Shown in pieces: positions 38,907 through 50,825 of a stretch of DNA of 64,000 nt. The first letter of the stretch is position 1. Each line of letters begins with the position of its first letter. The stretch lies in contig CM060731.1 of the NCBI GenBank assembly GCA_030704615.1, positions 23,312,001-23,376,000 of the forward strand, given 5' to 3'. The DNA comes from Takakia lepidozioides. Its lineage: Eukaryota; Plantae; Bryophyta. Made by a program: the position numbers and the translations under genes. Below the pieces are notes generated by a model. The model ran no database searches. It had not been told where the DNA came from and saw only the letters and a list, made by a program, of their open reading frames with translations.

Positions 38907-39212
38907 ATGGCGGAGGCTCGGAACAGTGAGTCCAAGGGCACGGGAGGAAGTGGTCCCACAGGAGTTAGATCAGTCCAGAACTGTGTGGTAAGACGATCAA
39001 AGCATTGTATGGGAACAAAAAGGAGCTAAGGCCAGGGGATGGTACGGATGTGCCTGCTGGCTGTAGTTACCCCTCCATTGCCGGAGGACCTCCGATAACT
39101 GAAAACTCCAGAATTGCATCTTTGGTTGCTGGGATACAAGTTTCCTGAGACAGTCATGGTGTTTGTGCCTGAAGCGCTGCACCATCTGGAAGAAGGTCAT
39201 CTTGACAGGGTC
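38907..39212 (+). pseudogene. SPT16: SPT16 N-terminal fragment (copy 4)
   Basis: MAEARNSESKGTGGSG.., LAVVTPPLPEDLR*LKTPELHLWLLGYKFPETVMVF, matching the SPT16 WLLGYEFP motif. Confidence 0.82.
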
Positions 39213-39341
39213 CGAAACACTCAACCATTGACCTTTCCACAAGCAACAAGTCTTGAGACAAAGAAGTCATTGCAGCGCTGGAGTCCTCACACTTCCACTA
39301 AAGTGACATAGTCATGATGATAAGCACCCATTACCAAGAGG

Positions 39342-42300
39342 TTATGCATTATTAAGCAGAAAGTTGTACACTTGTTTCAAACTACCGCGGGATGGACGTG
39401 CCTCAGAATGAAAACCAGAAAGATAAACCAGGCCTCGCCGAACATCAGACTTAGAAATACTACTCATAGACACAGAATTGCTGCAAAAGTCACCTGCAAT
39501 AGTCAGAATTCAGTCGTCAGTTAAAGTCTCTTTTGGTTAGTCCATATACAAGATCAGTTCCTCACAAGCAGAAGTGGTATGCATGAAGTCCACACCAAAA
39601 AGCAAGATTGCCATCCCGCCACTTGAACAGTTGGGCAACATCTAACTATCATTCATTCAGCACATTCCCCTCCTAGATGCTCACCTCTTGAATCAAAGCA
39701 TGAGAGCAAAATCGCCAAACAGACACACACGCTGATGTCTTCTCCTGTTCAAACCCCAAATGCAGCCCATCTCAATCACAGACCCACATACAGTCAAACC
39801 TGGATAAATCTTGCCTCTTTAGTGGTTATTTTACTCTGCATGTTATGTTTTCCCTACTCCCATGGATTTTTCGAAGATAGATATTATATATTAAAACCTT
39901 TCTACTCCCACCTTCATTTAGTGGCCAAAGATTAACTCTGTTTTCTATTAAACTGCATTTGAGTAGATCCATCTGACACGATGCTTCCTACCCAAGACGC
40001 ACCTTCAGACCCTAAGGATGATGTGCAACCTCAAGGATCCACAGCTCTAGTGACAGTTTCAGGAGTGAAGAAGCCGCTATTTGAACCAGTAACATTTTTT
40101 TAGAGCAACAACCCCCAATATTCAATGAGTTTGATTAGCATATTTCAATTATTCCAGAGAGTGTCTTGTCTACTCATGGTAGAAGGCAAGCAAAAATTCA
40201 GCGTTATTGTCAATATCAAGACTTTTTAGCAATTTCTTTTAAGATAAACTATCATTTATATTGATTCTATTTTCACTATATGTTATAGCTTAATGTGTCA
40301 GCTTGGTTTGACAATATATGCATCAATGCTAATTTGAAAACCCTAAACCTCTTTTGCTGTCCTTATGTTAGGTTTCTATAAAGGTTACTCCGCTCAAACT
40401 GGGCGCGGGGTCAATGGCCACAAGGCTACGGCAAACAACGTCTTATGAGTACATTCTATAATCTGTAAACGTAGGTAGTTTCTGTCCCTTTGTGTTCCGC
40501 TCAAACTGGGCGCGGGGTCAATGGCCACAAGGCTATGGCAAACATCGTCTTATGTCTATAAACATTACTTTTCTAGTACTCCCAAGTGCTAACAATAATC
40601 TAGGCTTGACTGCACTCTATGGACTCAATCAAGCTGATACTGCAACAAAAGCAAGCTCAATTGAACACATGAACATCAAATGGAAACATCAATTGGTATA
40701 CCAAACTTTTCTACCTTCAAACCAGTCTCACATATTTGATGTGGCAAAGCTTTCCCCAAGCAAGTAAGGAGTAGACAGTACCGTCTGAGCAACATATGAG
40801 AAGTGAATGCCCTTTCTCCAGTTTCTTCTTTGCAAAGTCTACAGCTGCTGGTAGATGACTCTGCAGAGAGTGTCGGTCAAATTTAGAGCTCTGGAAACAA
40901 CATCCACCAAAGCCCATCGAAATATGAGTAACGTACACAGGGAGGAAAAATAAATAAAGGGTTTGCACAGCTTCTTCCAAAAGCTCTGTAAAGACTCGAT
41001 CAAATGGTCAATTTTGATAACGTTTTGTATTTCAAAGTCCTTTCGGTTGTGTTTATGTCGTGTGCTCTATGCTCGAGCACAATATCAGAGTCAAATCAAA
41101 ACTATTGAGTAGTCAGTATAACAGATCATTCTTTTCTAACAAGAAGAGAAATCAACTTTTAATGCTTACAACAATTGGCAAGTGAAGATAAGAATCTTTA
41201 GTGTCAGTGGAGGCCAAGCAACAAGGAACTCCACAGCTGATGACGCAGTCCACCAGCTTGCTCACACCGTCTGCCTGTTCTGCACTTCATCGCCAGGTTC
41301 ACATACTTAGGCACAGCACTCAGTGCAGCTAGGTCAGTCAAAACTCTCCATTCTACATTTATTTAACTTTATTCAGGTGGTCTATAAAAAGGGCAGACCC
41401 AGCTCCAAGAAATGGTTTTCTTGGAATGAAAGACATTGCTTGCCTACCTTAAGGACAGACTCCTTCACTTTCATGTTAGCAGATGGATGGGCAAGGCTAA
41501 TTAGTAGGCTACATCGTTCACACAGAAAACCACCAGTGTATACATATGCTCTCTATCCCACACATAATTAAAGTAGGATCTGTAGAGCTCACCACACTCA
41601 GAGTTGCCCACAACAAGACCAGTTTTGCCAATCCAATGGACACCAGTGACATTCTCCGGGGGTTCTTGCACAGTAGGATGCCTAAAGGTTGTTGGAGAGT
41701 CATCTCTTGAAGTCTCTTGCTGATTATCATCTTCAACATCTGTTAACATTTCAGGAGAGTGGATTGGATTCCAGTTGCCACCATGACGTGCAGCAGCTTC
41801 TATCTGAGACCTATGCTCATTTGGCCCCACCAGGTGACTGTCTCTGCATTGACTCCCACCATCTACAGCAAAGGCTGGAACTTTGTGGCCAGATTTTACC
41901 CTGACTTGAGGGGCATCCTGCCCTCTTACGGATCTGTAGATCCGATCTCGCTCCACTATGTCTGCCACTTTCCGGTTACAAGCTCCTGGGCCGCTACTAA
42001 CCAATTCAAACGAATACTTCCAAAAGAGGGAAGGGGTAAGACCCCCTGCCCAGCTCTCTTCATCATCTGCAGCACCTGGGATGTAGCTCCAGCTAAACTC
42101 AGCATCACTCATTCTTTGAGGGGACACCGAGGGCAGGGAAGCCGAAACCAAAATAACAGGTGTGAAAGTCCAGGAGTTCACATCGGGCACCTCATTCAAC
42201 CACACTACTGTTTTCTGGGACACCCAGAGGGGCCGAAGGGGCTTCTTCAGTGTTGTCTTAAGAGAGGACAGGTCTGCGCCTACAGTTTTTAAGCTCCAAA

Positions 42301-43446
42301 CCCAGTTATCCAACAAGCTCTCTATATTATTCCTTTCTGTCTCTGACACCCATAAAGGCAGGTGCAGAGAAACATCCCAATCTTGAGATCCTCCATTGGA
42401 GACTATGCTACCCCCAGTAACATGAGTTGAAGAACTTCCCATGGGGCATACTTCTTGTGGCCTGCCTTGCCTCCCACTCTTCAATGCTGGGGGACCCTGA
42501 CTTCCCCGCAGGTCAGCCAGAGCACGATTTATCACACAGGTCCAGATGGGAATAGTCTTGGACATGCTGTCAGGAAACCGCTTGCCTTTCCTGGTAGCAT
42601 CCACAATGATGCAACCCCCTGTCTCCGCTGGCAACCCCCACCATTGCCTTAACAAAGGGTTAGATTTTGATCCGATACCCAATAGGACAATGTCAACTTG
42701 GCTTTTTCTTCCTTGATCATCCCTGATAAAAGTAAGGTGGTATCAGCCTTTCCTGGTCGCATACAAACCCCCCAATGCCCTCTTCACGATGGTTTTAGTC
42801 TTACCAAGACACTCACTGCAGTATGTGATCCTGTCAAATTGACTCTATTATGCATTAATTCTTCTTGAACGTGCATTGCATACCTGGCTCTAACACAGGC
42901 GTCTGCTGGTCAAGCAACTTGCTGCAGGCTCCCACTCATGCTGTCGCTGGGCACCTGGAAAGATACAAGACCTGCCGACGCCTGTGTAAAAACCCAATCT
43001 CAATATCTGCCACCTTCCGGTGATAGAGACACAAACATAGACCCAAAAATAATGTATACGTCTACAGCGGCCCCGAGAATTCTTGGAACAAAGAATAAAG
43101 ACGAGAGAGAGAGATAGAGAGAGAGAGAGACACACACACCCAAACCTGCGAGAGAAGCGACATGGAGATTGAGGCGGGTGGAGCTGAACGACCAATTGCC
43201 ATTATGACCATCCGTCGACTTGAAATAGCAGGAACCATCAAAGTGGGCTGCATACCACAACCCACACCTCAGATTTGCCAACATCGGAAGCTCAGGCCAC
43301 AATTGATGGATTTCCTCCACAAACAGTGAGTCTTCATAGATGGATCGTAGCGCATTGTATAGGGACTGTTCTCCCCTTCTGATTCTCCTCGATACTTTGT
43401 AAATGCTCTCCTTTACGGAGGACTGTACCTCCACCACATTCTCCAT
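39342..43446 (-). CDS. RIT1: Initiator tRNA A64 2'-O-ribosylphosphate transferase
   Basis: ANLRCGLWY, YFKSTDGH, GGCIIVDATRKGKRFPDSMSKTIPIW, YIPGAADDEESWA, SSKFDRHSL, GEDISVCVCLAIL and ARPSRGSLKQVYNFL lie in GT-AG exons. Stop TAA at 39342-39344. Confidence 0.92.
40389..40556. repeat. Tandem about 58-bp duplication in a RIT1 intron, with a partial inverted copy at 37975-38017
   Basis: tccgctcaaactgggcgcggggtcaatggccacaaggcta occurs at 40389 and about 40496. Confidence 0.85.
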
Positions 43447-43891
43447 ACCCTCTCTCGCTCTCGTACTCTCTCCTCTCCTAAACCCTTGTTACCCAGAGAA
43501 GAAGTAGAAACAAAGATGATTAAAAGATTAGCGTGGCAGTCGTGGTCGGATCAAACTGACAAAACTGTCTTTCATCCGTACTAAAATGGCTTTTGGTGTG
43601 GCAGGGTTTTAGAAGAAGAGAAAGTGGAGAAGAAAAGCTATCAAATCCTTCTGATGACAGTGCCCCTCACAGCCAAAGGAGGAGCAGTAAGTATATCTTC
43701 ATCTCATTATTCACATAAGTTATCCCTGAGTTGGGTGTAATTTTATTGGTATTAATTGAACCAACATGACGGACCAAAAGCTTCGTTTTTGGGATGTTGG
43801 ACGACTACTGGAAGCAAGGGAAAAAGACCTCACTTTCTTAAAGTGGATTTTAGGAGAGTTTTCGGCTTGTTTGAGATTGGCAGCTCATGAG

Positions 43892-44490
43892 AACACTGGG
43901 AGTCACACCAGCGATCAATCGGGACCCGCTTCAGTGGACACTAGCAGTATCGCTTATTGTGGCATGAAACTATGCAGAATTGCTACATCCAGGCTCCCAA
44001 ATCTGGTCTCCAACTGTACGGTAGCAATTGAGTTCTGAAGTGGGTGGACTCCATCCCCCAACCTTGAACTCCAACATGCACAAACCGATGTTATAGTGTG
44101 AGGGAGTCATGCCACATCACCGATAACAAAATACCCAACAAATCACTACGGTATATGAACTGAAAACATTGGGAACACTGAAAACACTGGGAGTCACACC
44201 AGCGATCGATCGGGACCCTTCAGTGGACACTAGCAGTATCGCTTATTGTGGCAAGAAACTATGCACAATTGTTACATCCAGGCTCGCAAATCTGGTCTCC
44301 AACTGTACGGTAGCAATTGAGTTCTGAAGTGGGCGGACTCCATCCCCCAACCTTGAACTCCAACATGCACAAACCGATGATAATCAAAAATGCCCCCAAA
44401 AAAGGGTGTTCTCTTCGTTCACTATTGCAGAACTCTCCTATGAAGAGTGCATGAAGTCATGCCACATCAACCGATAACAAAATACCCAAA
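43892..44490. repeat. Tandem duplication of an about 290-bp unit upstream of RIT1
   Basis: aacactgggagtcacaccagcgatc...catgcacaaaccgatg occurs at about 43892-44090 and 44183-44379. gtcatgccacatc..gataacaaaatacccaa is repeated at about 44106 and 44457. Confidence 0.88.
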
Positions 44491-45877
44491 TACCCTTACA
44501 ATCACTATATGAACTTTCAAGCAGCCACCATGGGATTGGATCTTGGTGGGTTAAGGCTAGATTTTGACCATATTCATGTAAGTTAGTCAAGGGCTCCACC
44601 CAAAGCCACACCACGAGAAGCAAACAAACATGTCCAAATTTAAGATGCTGAACAAACTTGTGCACATGGCTGCCCCTCTATCAAGCTCATTAAAATTCGT
44701 ATTCACTTCCATCTTCAAGCTTTGGAGAAGCTCCACCACCCAAACCCAGAATTAGGACAGCACTCTATTGTTCAAAATAGTGATGGTTCTTATGCGCTAA
44801 AGGAGTGAGCGGTGACTGAAGCACACTAGATGATGAGAAAGAAGGGTAATTAGAGACCAGCCGAGGTGGCGGCGCTGAGACTGTTTTAGACCAAAACAGG
44901 CTGTAGACCAAGAGAACGCAACGTACAGATGTAGAGCAGTAAGTTAAATACCGTGGATTGTGTAAGCGCATTGGTAACAGAGCATTAGTAATGGGATTGG
45001 TCACTTAGCTAACAAGTGCATCGCATCATGGGTTGTATGAACATCATGTATCATGAAGCAACGAGAGAAGTGGAAAACAGTACATTTGTGCACGATCTGT
45101 CACCTGTCTTTGAGTAGTCATTGCATAGCGTGAACACTAAGTTGTGAGCAAGGTTTAGACAGATACCAGAGTACTGAATATGCAGAAATAGCTCAGAAAT
45201 GACAGCCTTGAGAGTGCATGGTAGACTGGTTTAGAGCATGATTGAAATCAACTACTAAGGTGTAATGACCGCGAGCATCTAGACAGCAACGGCGAACTGT
45301 AAATTGTCACTGTGGGCAGAGATTGGTAGAATACATAGTCGTGAGGACTGCCTGCAGTGAAATCTAGGGAAGCGTTGATCAGATTAACACCGTTGAACAT
45401 GGTGTAGCTCAGTGGGGATGGCAAAGTGCAGGTGCTTGGACGCGTGGCCTACGCGGGATGGTATCTCGTGCAATCATGCACAAATGAACAGGGAGTCACT
45501 TAGGGGAATGTATTAAGTCAAAGTCAGGTGTCGCCGCCCATGTCGTTTTCTCTTCCGCTGCAGCGGCATGATGTGGTCGCATTGGACTGACGGGGTGAGT
45601 GGCCCTGTTTAGTTCTCATGGTGGGAAGAGTAGAGCCCCCCAATTTTACCTTATAAGATCAAGGTCGAGAACTCTGGGGATTCTCAATTCATCACTAGCC
45701 TTCCATCTAAAACACTAGGGTAAGTTGGCCTATGACCGAACAGGCATCTATGACCAATCCTCTATGACTCAACAGTACATCATGGTCAATACTCTCAGGA
45801 AATAGTGGATGATCTGAGTAGCTACACAGATCAATGATAGAAGCAAGACACTCGCATCTTTCCAAGAAAACATCCTT

Positions 45878-48802
45878 TCACCAGTAATCCCCACAAGAAC
45901 AAATCCCATCTTCAAAGTGGTGAAAGCGGTTAGCGTCCCGTACAACAATTGCTCGGCCAACAATCTTTGAGATGAATTTGGTGGAGGTGTGGCAGTCACC
46001 ACACACTCGAAGATTCTTGATGAGACGAAGAGGCATCCTAGGGGTCGTGCTGATCAGCCCAAAACCAATGGCCAGCTTCTCACTGTGGTGGCAAAGAGAA
46101 AATTCCTTTTCCTCCTCCCCCACATCATGCAATACAAAGCGCGTGTCAGGCACATACCCCGCCTCCTTCATCTGCCCAGACAATCTTCTCAGCTCAGCAT
46201 GGATTTCCTTAATTCTGGGATGCAACTTGTCATCTACAACGAAGGTGTGCACCCTGTTGCCAACCTCAATGCAGCAGCAACCTTGCTCCCTTCTAACCCC
46301 TCTGACCTCCATCATTTTTCTCACCTTTGCGGTATCATCCCACCTGCCAGCTGCAGCATAGATGTTTGATAGCAACACATAAGTTGCGGCATCCTGTTCA
46401 TCCCGCTTGAGGATACATGTTGCCGCACGTTCAGCCATCTCCACATTGCCATGGATTCTGCAGGCACCAAGCAAGGCCTTCCACACCACAACATCTGGAT
46501 TGATTGGCATTTTATTAATCAGGTCCACTGCCTCATCCAGTTGTCCCGCACGTCCAAGAAGGTCCACCATGCAGCCAAAGTGCTTTACTGTCGGAGTGAC
46601 ACCATGATCTTGACTCAGGGAATCAAAGTAGCGTCTTCCTTCATTCAGTAGGCCAGTGTGGCTGCATGCAGAGAGAACACATATAAAGGTGATAGTGTCC
46701 GGCTTCAAGCCGTTCTTTTGCATTCCTTCAAATAGTTGCAGGACTTCCCTATGACAACCATGCTGGGCATATCCTGCGATCATAGCGTTCCACGACACCA
46801 CATTTTGTTCAGCCATATTGTCAAATACTCCCTTTGCATCCTCAATGCACCCACATTTTGCGTACATGTCCACCAGGGCAGTGTCCAGAATCACATCTGG
46901 TACAATTCCAGCTTTGGCAATGTCACCATGCACCTCTTTGCCCTTTTCCAGGGCTGCCAGGCTTGCACACGCACTGCAAACGCACACAAACGTGATGTGG
47001 TCGGGCTTCACCCCTTCCCCCATCATTTGCTCATAGGAGTCCAAAGCCTCCATCCCGTGCCCATGCTGTGCATACCCTGCAAGCATCGCGTTCCACGACA
47101 CCACATCTCGTTCAGCCATATTGTTGAACACTCCTTTCGCATCCTCAATGCTCCCACATTTGGCATACATGTCCACGAGGGTATTGTTCAGAATCACATC
47201 TGGTACAATTGCACCTTTGATGATGTCATCATGGATCTCTTTGCCCTTTTCCAGGGCTGCCAGGCTCGCACACGCATTGCAAGCGCACACAAACGTTATG
47301 TGGTCGGGCTTCACCCCTTCACACATCATTTGCTCATAGGTCTCCAAAGCCTCCATCCCGCGCCCTTGCTGTACATATCCTGCAATCATCGCACTCCACG
47401 ACACCACATCTCGTTCAGCCATACTGTCGAACACTCCCTTTGCATCCTCGATGCACCCACATTTGGCATACATGTCCACCAGGACAGTGTTCAGAATGAC
47501 ATTTGGTACAATTCCAGATTTGATGATGTCACCATGGATCTCTTTGCCCTTTTGGAGGGCTGCCAGGCTTGCACAAGCATTGCAAACGGACACAAACGTG
47601 ATGTGGTTACACTTCACCCCTTCCCCCATCATTTGCTCATAGGTCTCCAAGGCCTCCATCCCGCGCCCCTGCTGTGCATATCCTGCCAGCATGGCGTTCC
47701 ATGACACCAAATCTCGTTCAGCCATATTGTTGAACACTCCCTTCGCATCCTCAATGCTCCCACATTTGGCATACATGTCCACCAGGGCAGTGTTCAGAAT
47801 GACATTTGGTACAATTCCAGCTTTGATGATGTCACCGTGCACCTCCTTGCCCTTTTCCAGGGCTGCCAGGCTTGCACACGCATTGCAAACACACACAAAA
47901 GTTATGTGGTTGGGCTTCACCCCTTCGCACATCATTTGCTCATAGGTCTCCAAAGCCTCCATCCCGCGCCCTTGCTGTGCATATCCTGCAATCATCGCAC
48001 TCCAGGACACCACATTTCGTTCAGCCATACTGTCGAACACTCCCTTTGCATCCTCGATGCACCCACATTTTGCATACATGTCCACGAGGGTATTGTTCAG
48101 AATGAGATCGGGTACAATTCCAGCTCTGACAATGTCACCATGGACCGCTTTCCCCTTTTCCAGAGCTCCCAGGCTTGCACACGCATTGCAAATGCACACA
48201 AACGTGATGTGGTTGGGCTTCACCCCTTCGCGCATCATTTGATCATAGGTCTCCAAAGCATTCCTACCACACCCATGCTTGGTAAATCCTGCCAACATTA
48301 TATTCCACGTGATCAAAGATCGTTGAGGCATTCTGTTGAACACTTGGTGAGCATCCATGATGCTCCCGCACTTAACATACATGTTGACAAGGGTGTTGAG
48401 TAGAAAAACATTTCGAGTGAATCCACTTTGGATAAGGTGAGTGTGCACCTGCTTTCCAGCTTCCAGACCTTTCATCTTGATGCACTTAAGCAAGAGACAG
48501 ACATACGTATCTGAATCTGCTGAAATGCCTCCTTGGTTTAAAGTCTGTAGAGCCTCTGTCAGTCTGCCTGCCTCACAAAGCATCTTCACATGCCCAGAAG
48601 TGCCAGAAGAGGCATTGTGGACTCCCTCTCTTGATCCTCTTTCAGAAGCTGTGGTCATTGTTGAGGTGCCTGATTTTATCAACTGTGCCGCTGCAGCTGC
48701 TGCCTTTAGTTGACCATCTACCCATGCAGGTTTCTTGTAGCTATTGATCCACAGGGAATCATAGGTAATCTTGTGCTTGAAATCTGGTCCTCTTGGATGA
48801 AT
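45878..48802 (-). CDS. PLS-E1-E2-DYW pentatricopeptide repeat RNA-editing factor (main exon)
   Basis: Uninterrupted frame with 20 PPR motifs, including near-identical 303-bp PLS triplets, E1/E2, HSEKLA, CGDCH and terminal CSCGDYW. It begins at a CAG acceptor with the C-terminal half of a PDF motif. Confidence 0.95.
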   Translation of the reverse strand: MHPRGPDFKHKITYDSLWINSYKKPAWVDGQLKAAAAAAQLIKSGTSTMTTASERGSREGVHNASSGTSGHVKMLCEAGRLTEALQTLNQGGISADSDTYVCLLLKCIKMKGLEAGKQVHTHLIQSGFTRNVFLLNTLVNMYVKCGSIMDAHQVFNRMPQRSLITWNIMLAGFTKHGCGRNALETYDQMMREGVKPNHITFVCICNACASLGALEKGKAVHGDIVRAGIVPDLILNNTLVDMYAKCGCIEDAKGVFDSMAERNVVSWSAMIAGYAQQGRGMEALETYEQMMCEGVKPNHITFVCVCNACASLAALEKGKEVHGDIIKAGIVPNVILNTALVDMYAKCGSIEDAKGVFNNMAERDLVSWNAMLAGYAQQGRGMEALETYEQMMGEGVKCNHITFVSVCNACASLAALQKGKEIHGDIIKSGIVPNVILNTVLVDMYAKCGCIEDAKGVFDSMAERDVVSWSAMIAGYVQQGRGMEALETYEQMMCEGVKPDHITFVCACNACASLAALEKGKEIHDDIIKGAIVPDVILNNTLVDMYAKCGSIEDAKGVFNNMAERDVVSWNAMLAGYAQHGHGMEALDSYEQMMGEGVKPDHITFVCVCSACASLAALEKGKEVHGDIAKAGIVPDVILDTALVDMYAKCGCIEDAKGVFDNMAEQNVVSWNAMIAGYAQHGCHREVLQLFEGMQKNGLKPDTITFICVLSACSHTGLLNEGRRYFDSLSQDHGVTPTVKHFGCMVDLLGRAGQLDEAVDLINKMPINPDVVVWKALLGACRIHGNVEMAERAATCILKRDEQDAATYVLLSNIYAAAGRWDDTAKVRKMMEVRGVRREQGCCCIEVGNRVHTFVVDDKLHPRIKEIHAELRRLSGQMKEAGYVPDTRFVLHDVGEEEKEFSLCHHSEKLAIGFGLISTTPRMPLRLIKNLRVCGDCHTSTKFISKIVGRAIVVRDANRFHHFEDGICSCGDYW

Positions 48803-48995
48803 CTGGACCCACACTCTATCCCTGCTCCTTCAGCTATCCATGCCTCTGTACGATTCATGGATTCATCCTTGCCTTGCTGCTAGCAGCTGACAATGACAGC
48901 CTAGATTTGTTCTAGGAAACACCCAACTCAGCTTATCACACTATTTCCTATGCTGAATTGCGTCTGCTACTCTCTGTAATCTAACAGGCATTCAC

Positions 48996-50825
48996 CTTTT
49001 TGCCTCGGTTGTCCCACCATTGACTGGGGTCAGAAAAGTATTCATTCCACAGCTTCTCCTCATCTCTGTTAACTGCTTTTGGATACTTCCCTGTTGTCAC
49101 ATTGGCAGTATCATGTCAAAGTCACTCCAAACTAGATTCACTCAACCAGCAACTTGCAGAATCCTACATGGAAAGTTAGGGCCGATTCTGATAAGAGGGA
49201 AAAACAGGGTGAAATGTGTTGAAGAAGGTGCCTTGATTAGCAGTGCCTGATTTTGTCAATTGTGCCGCTGCTGCTGCGGCTTCCAGTTGACCATCTACCC
49301 ATGTAGGTTTCTTGTAGCCATCCTTCCACAGGGAATCATAGGTAATCTGGAGCTTGAAATCCGGCCCTCTTGGATGAATCTGGACCCACAATCTATACCT
49401 GCTCCTTCAGCTATCCATGCCTCTGCACAAATCATGCATACATCCTTGCCTTGCTGCTAGCAGCTGACAATGACAGCCTAGAATTGTTCCAGCAACACTC
49501 CAACCCTACTTATCACACTAGTTCCTATGCTGACTTGCGTCTGCTTCCAACAGGCATTCACCTTTTTGCCTCGATTGTTCCACCATTGACTAGGGTCGGA
49601 AACGTATTCATTCCAGAGCTTCTCCTCGTCTCTGTTATCTTTTTTTCGATACTTTCCTATTGCCACATTGGCAGTAACATGTCAAAATCACTCCAAAACC
49701 ACCATAGATCAACCAACGAGCTAACTTGCAGAATTCAACATGAAAATTTAGGGACTCTGATAACAGGGAAAAACAGGCTGAAATGTGTTGAAGAAGGTGC
49801 CTTCATTAGCAGTGCCTTGTTCTATCAATTGTGCTGCTGCCGCTGCTGTTTCTAGTTGACCACCTACCCATGCAGATTTCTTGTAGCTATTGATCCACAG
49901 GGAATCAGAAGTAATCTTGTGTTTGAAATCCGGCCCTCTTGGATGAATCTGGACCTCTATCCCTGGTCCTTCAGCTATCCCTGCCTGTGTACAAATCATG
50001 AATACATCCTCAGCCTTGTTGCTAGCAGCGGACACTGACGGCGTTAAGTTCTTCCAGCAAACACCCCAACCCTACTTATTACAGTAGTTCCAATTCTGAA
50101 TTGCATCTGCTTCTCTCTGTAGTCCAACAGGCACACACCATTGTCCCACCATTGACTTGGGGTCGGAAAAGTGTTCATTCCAAACCTGCTGCCACATCGG
50201 CAGTAACTTGTCAAAGTCACTCCAAACCACCACAGATCCACCCAACGAGGTAACTTACAGAATTCAATATGTATCTCAGGGCCGAGTCGGATGAGAGGGC
50301 AAAACAGGCTGAAATAAGTTGGAGAAGAAGGTGCCGCTCACCACATTGTCCTTGACCTTGTGTCATGACCCATGGAGGATTTAACCGACCATCAACCCAA
50401 AAGGACCTCTTGTGTGTGCTGCTTGTGTCTGTAGTCCGGTAATGTCGGATTGGTCTGTGAGAACCACCACGGTGCAGCTGAGCAGGCAGAGAAACACGGC
50501 CTGCTAAGACCAAGCTGACTCTCCCAAGAACCTTGTAAACATCAGGAAGAATACCAAATCATGGTACTAACAGGAGCCAAGAGCCCACATTTGCAGGATG
50601 GACAAACTTCTTCACATCGTACATTAAGAAAAAGCCACACCTTGCGATTGCGTTTGTCCCACCATCGTGAAGGATCGTTAAAAAACTCATGCCAGCTCTG
50701 CTCCGTGCTCCAAGGTAGAGGTTTGTGCTCCAAAATCCGACAGCATCAACATTTTGACAAGGTCCTTTACTGAGGGGTGCTAGTGAGCTTTCAACAACAT
50801 TCATGCAGATTGTTTTGGGCTCCAT
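48996..50825 (-). CDS. Upstream exons encoding tandem OSB-type PDF motifs of the PPR-DYW gene; the most 5' exons are frameshifted
   Basis: Alternating exons ..LWNEYFSDPSQWWDNRGKK| and |IHPRGPDFKHKITYDSLW..PAWV in about 550-600-bp units. Splice phases are compatible from about 49948 down to the main exon. Confidence 0.72.

Noticed and set aside
45878-46300. U-to-C (DYW:KP) editing enzyme
   Set aside because: No KP-type N-terminal box; HSEKLA and terminal DYW are canonical for C-to-U editors.
46736-48403. Plus-strand ORFs of 322 and 188 aa
   Set aside because: Antisense shadows of the PPR repeat coding sequence.
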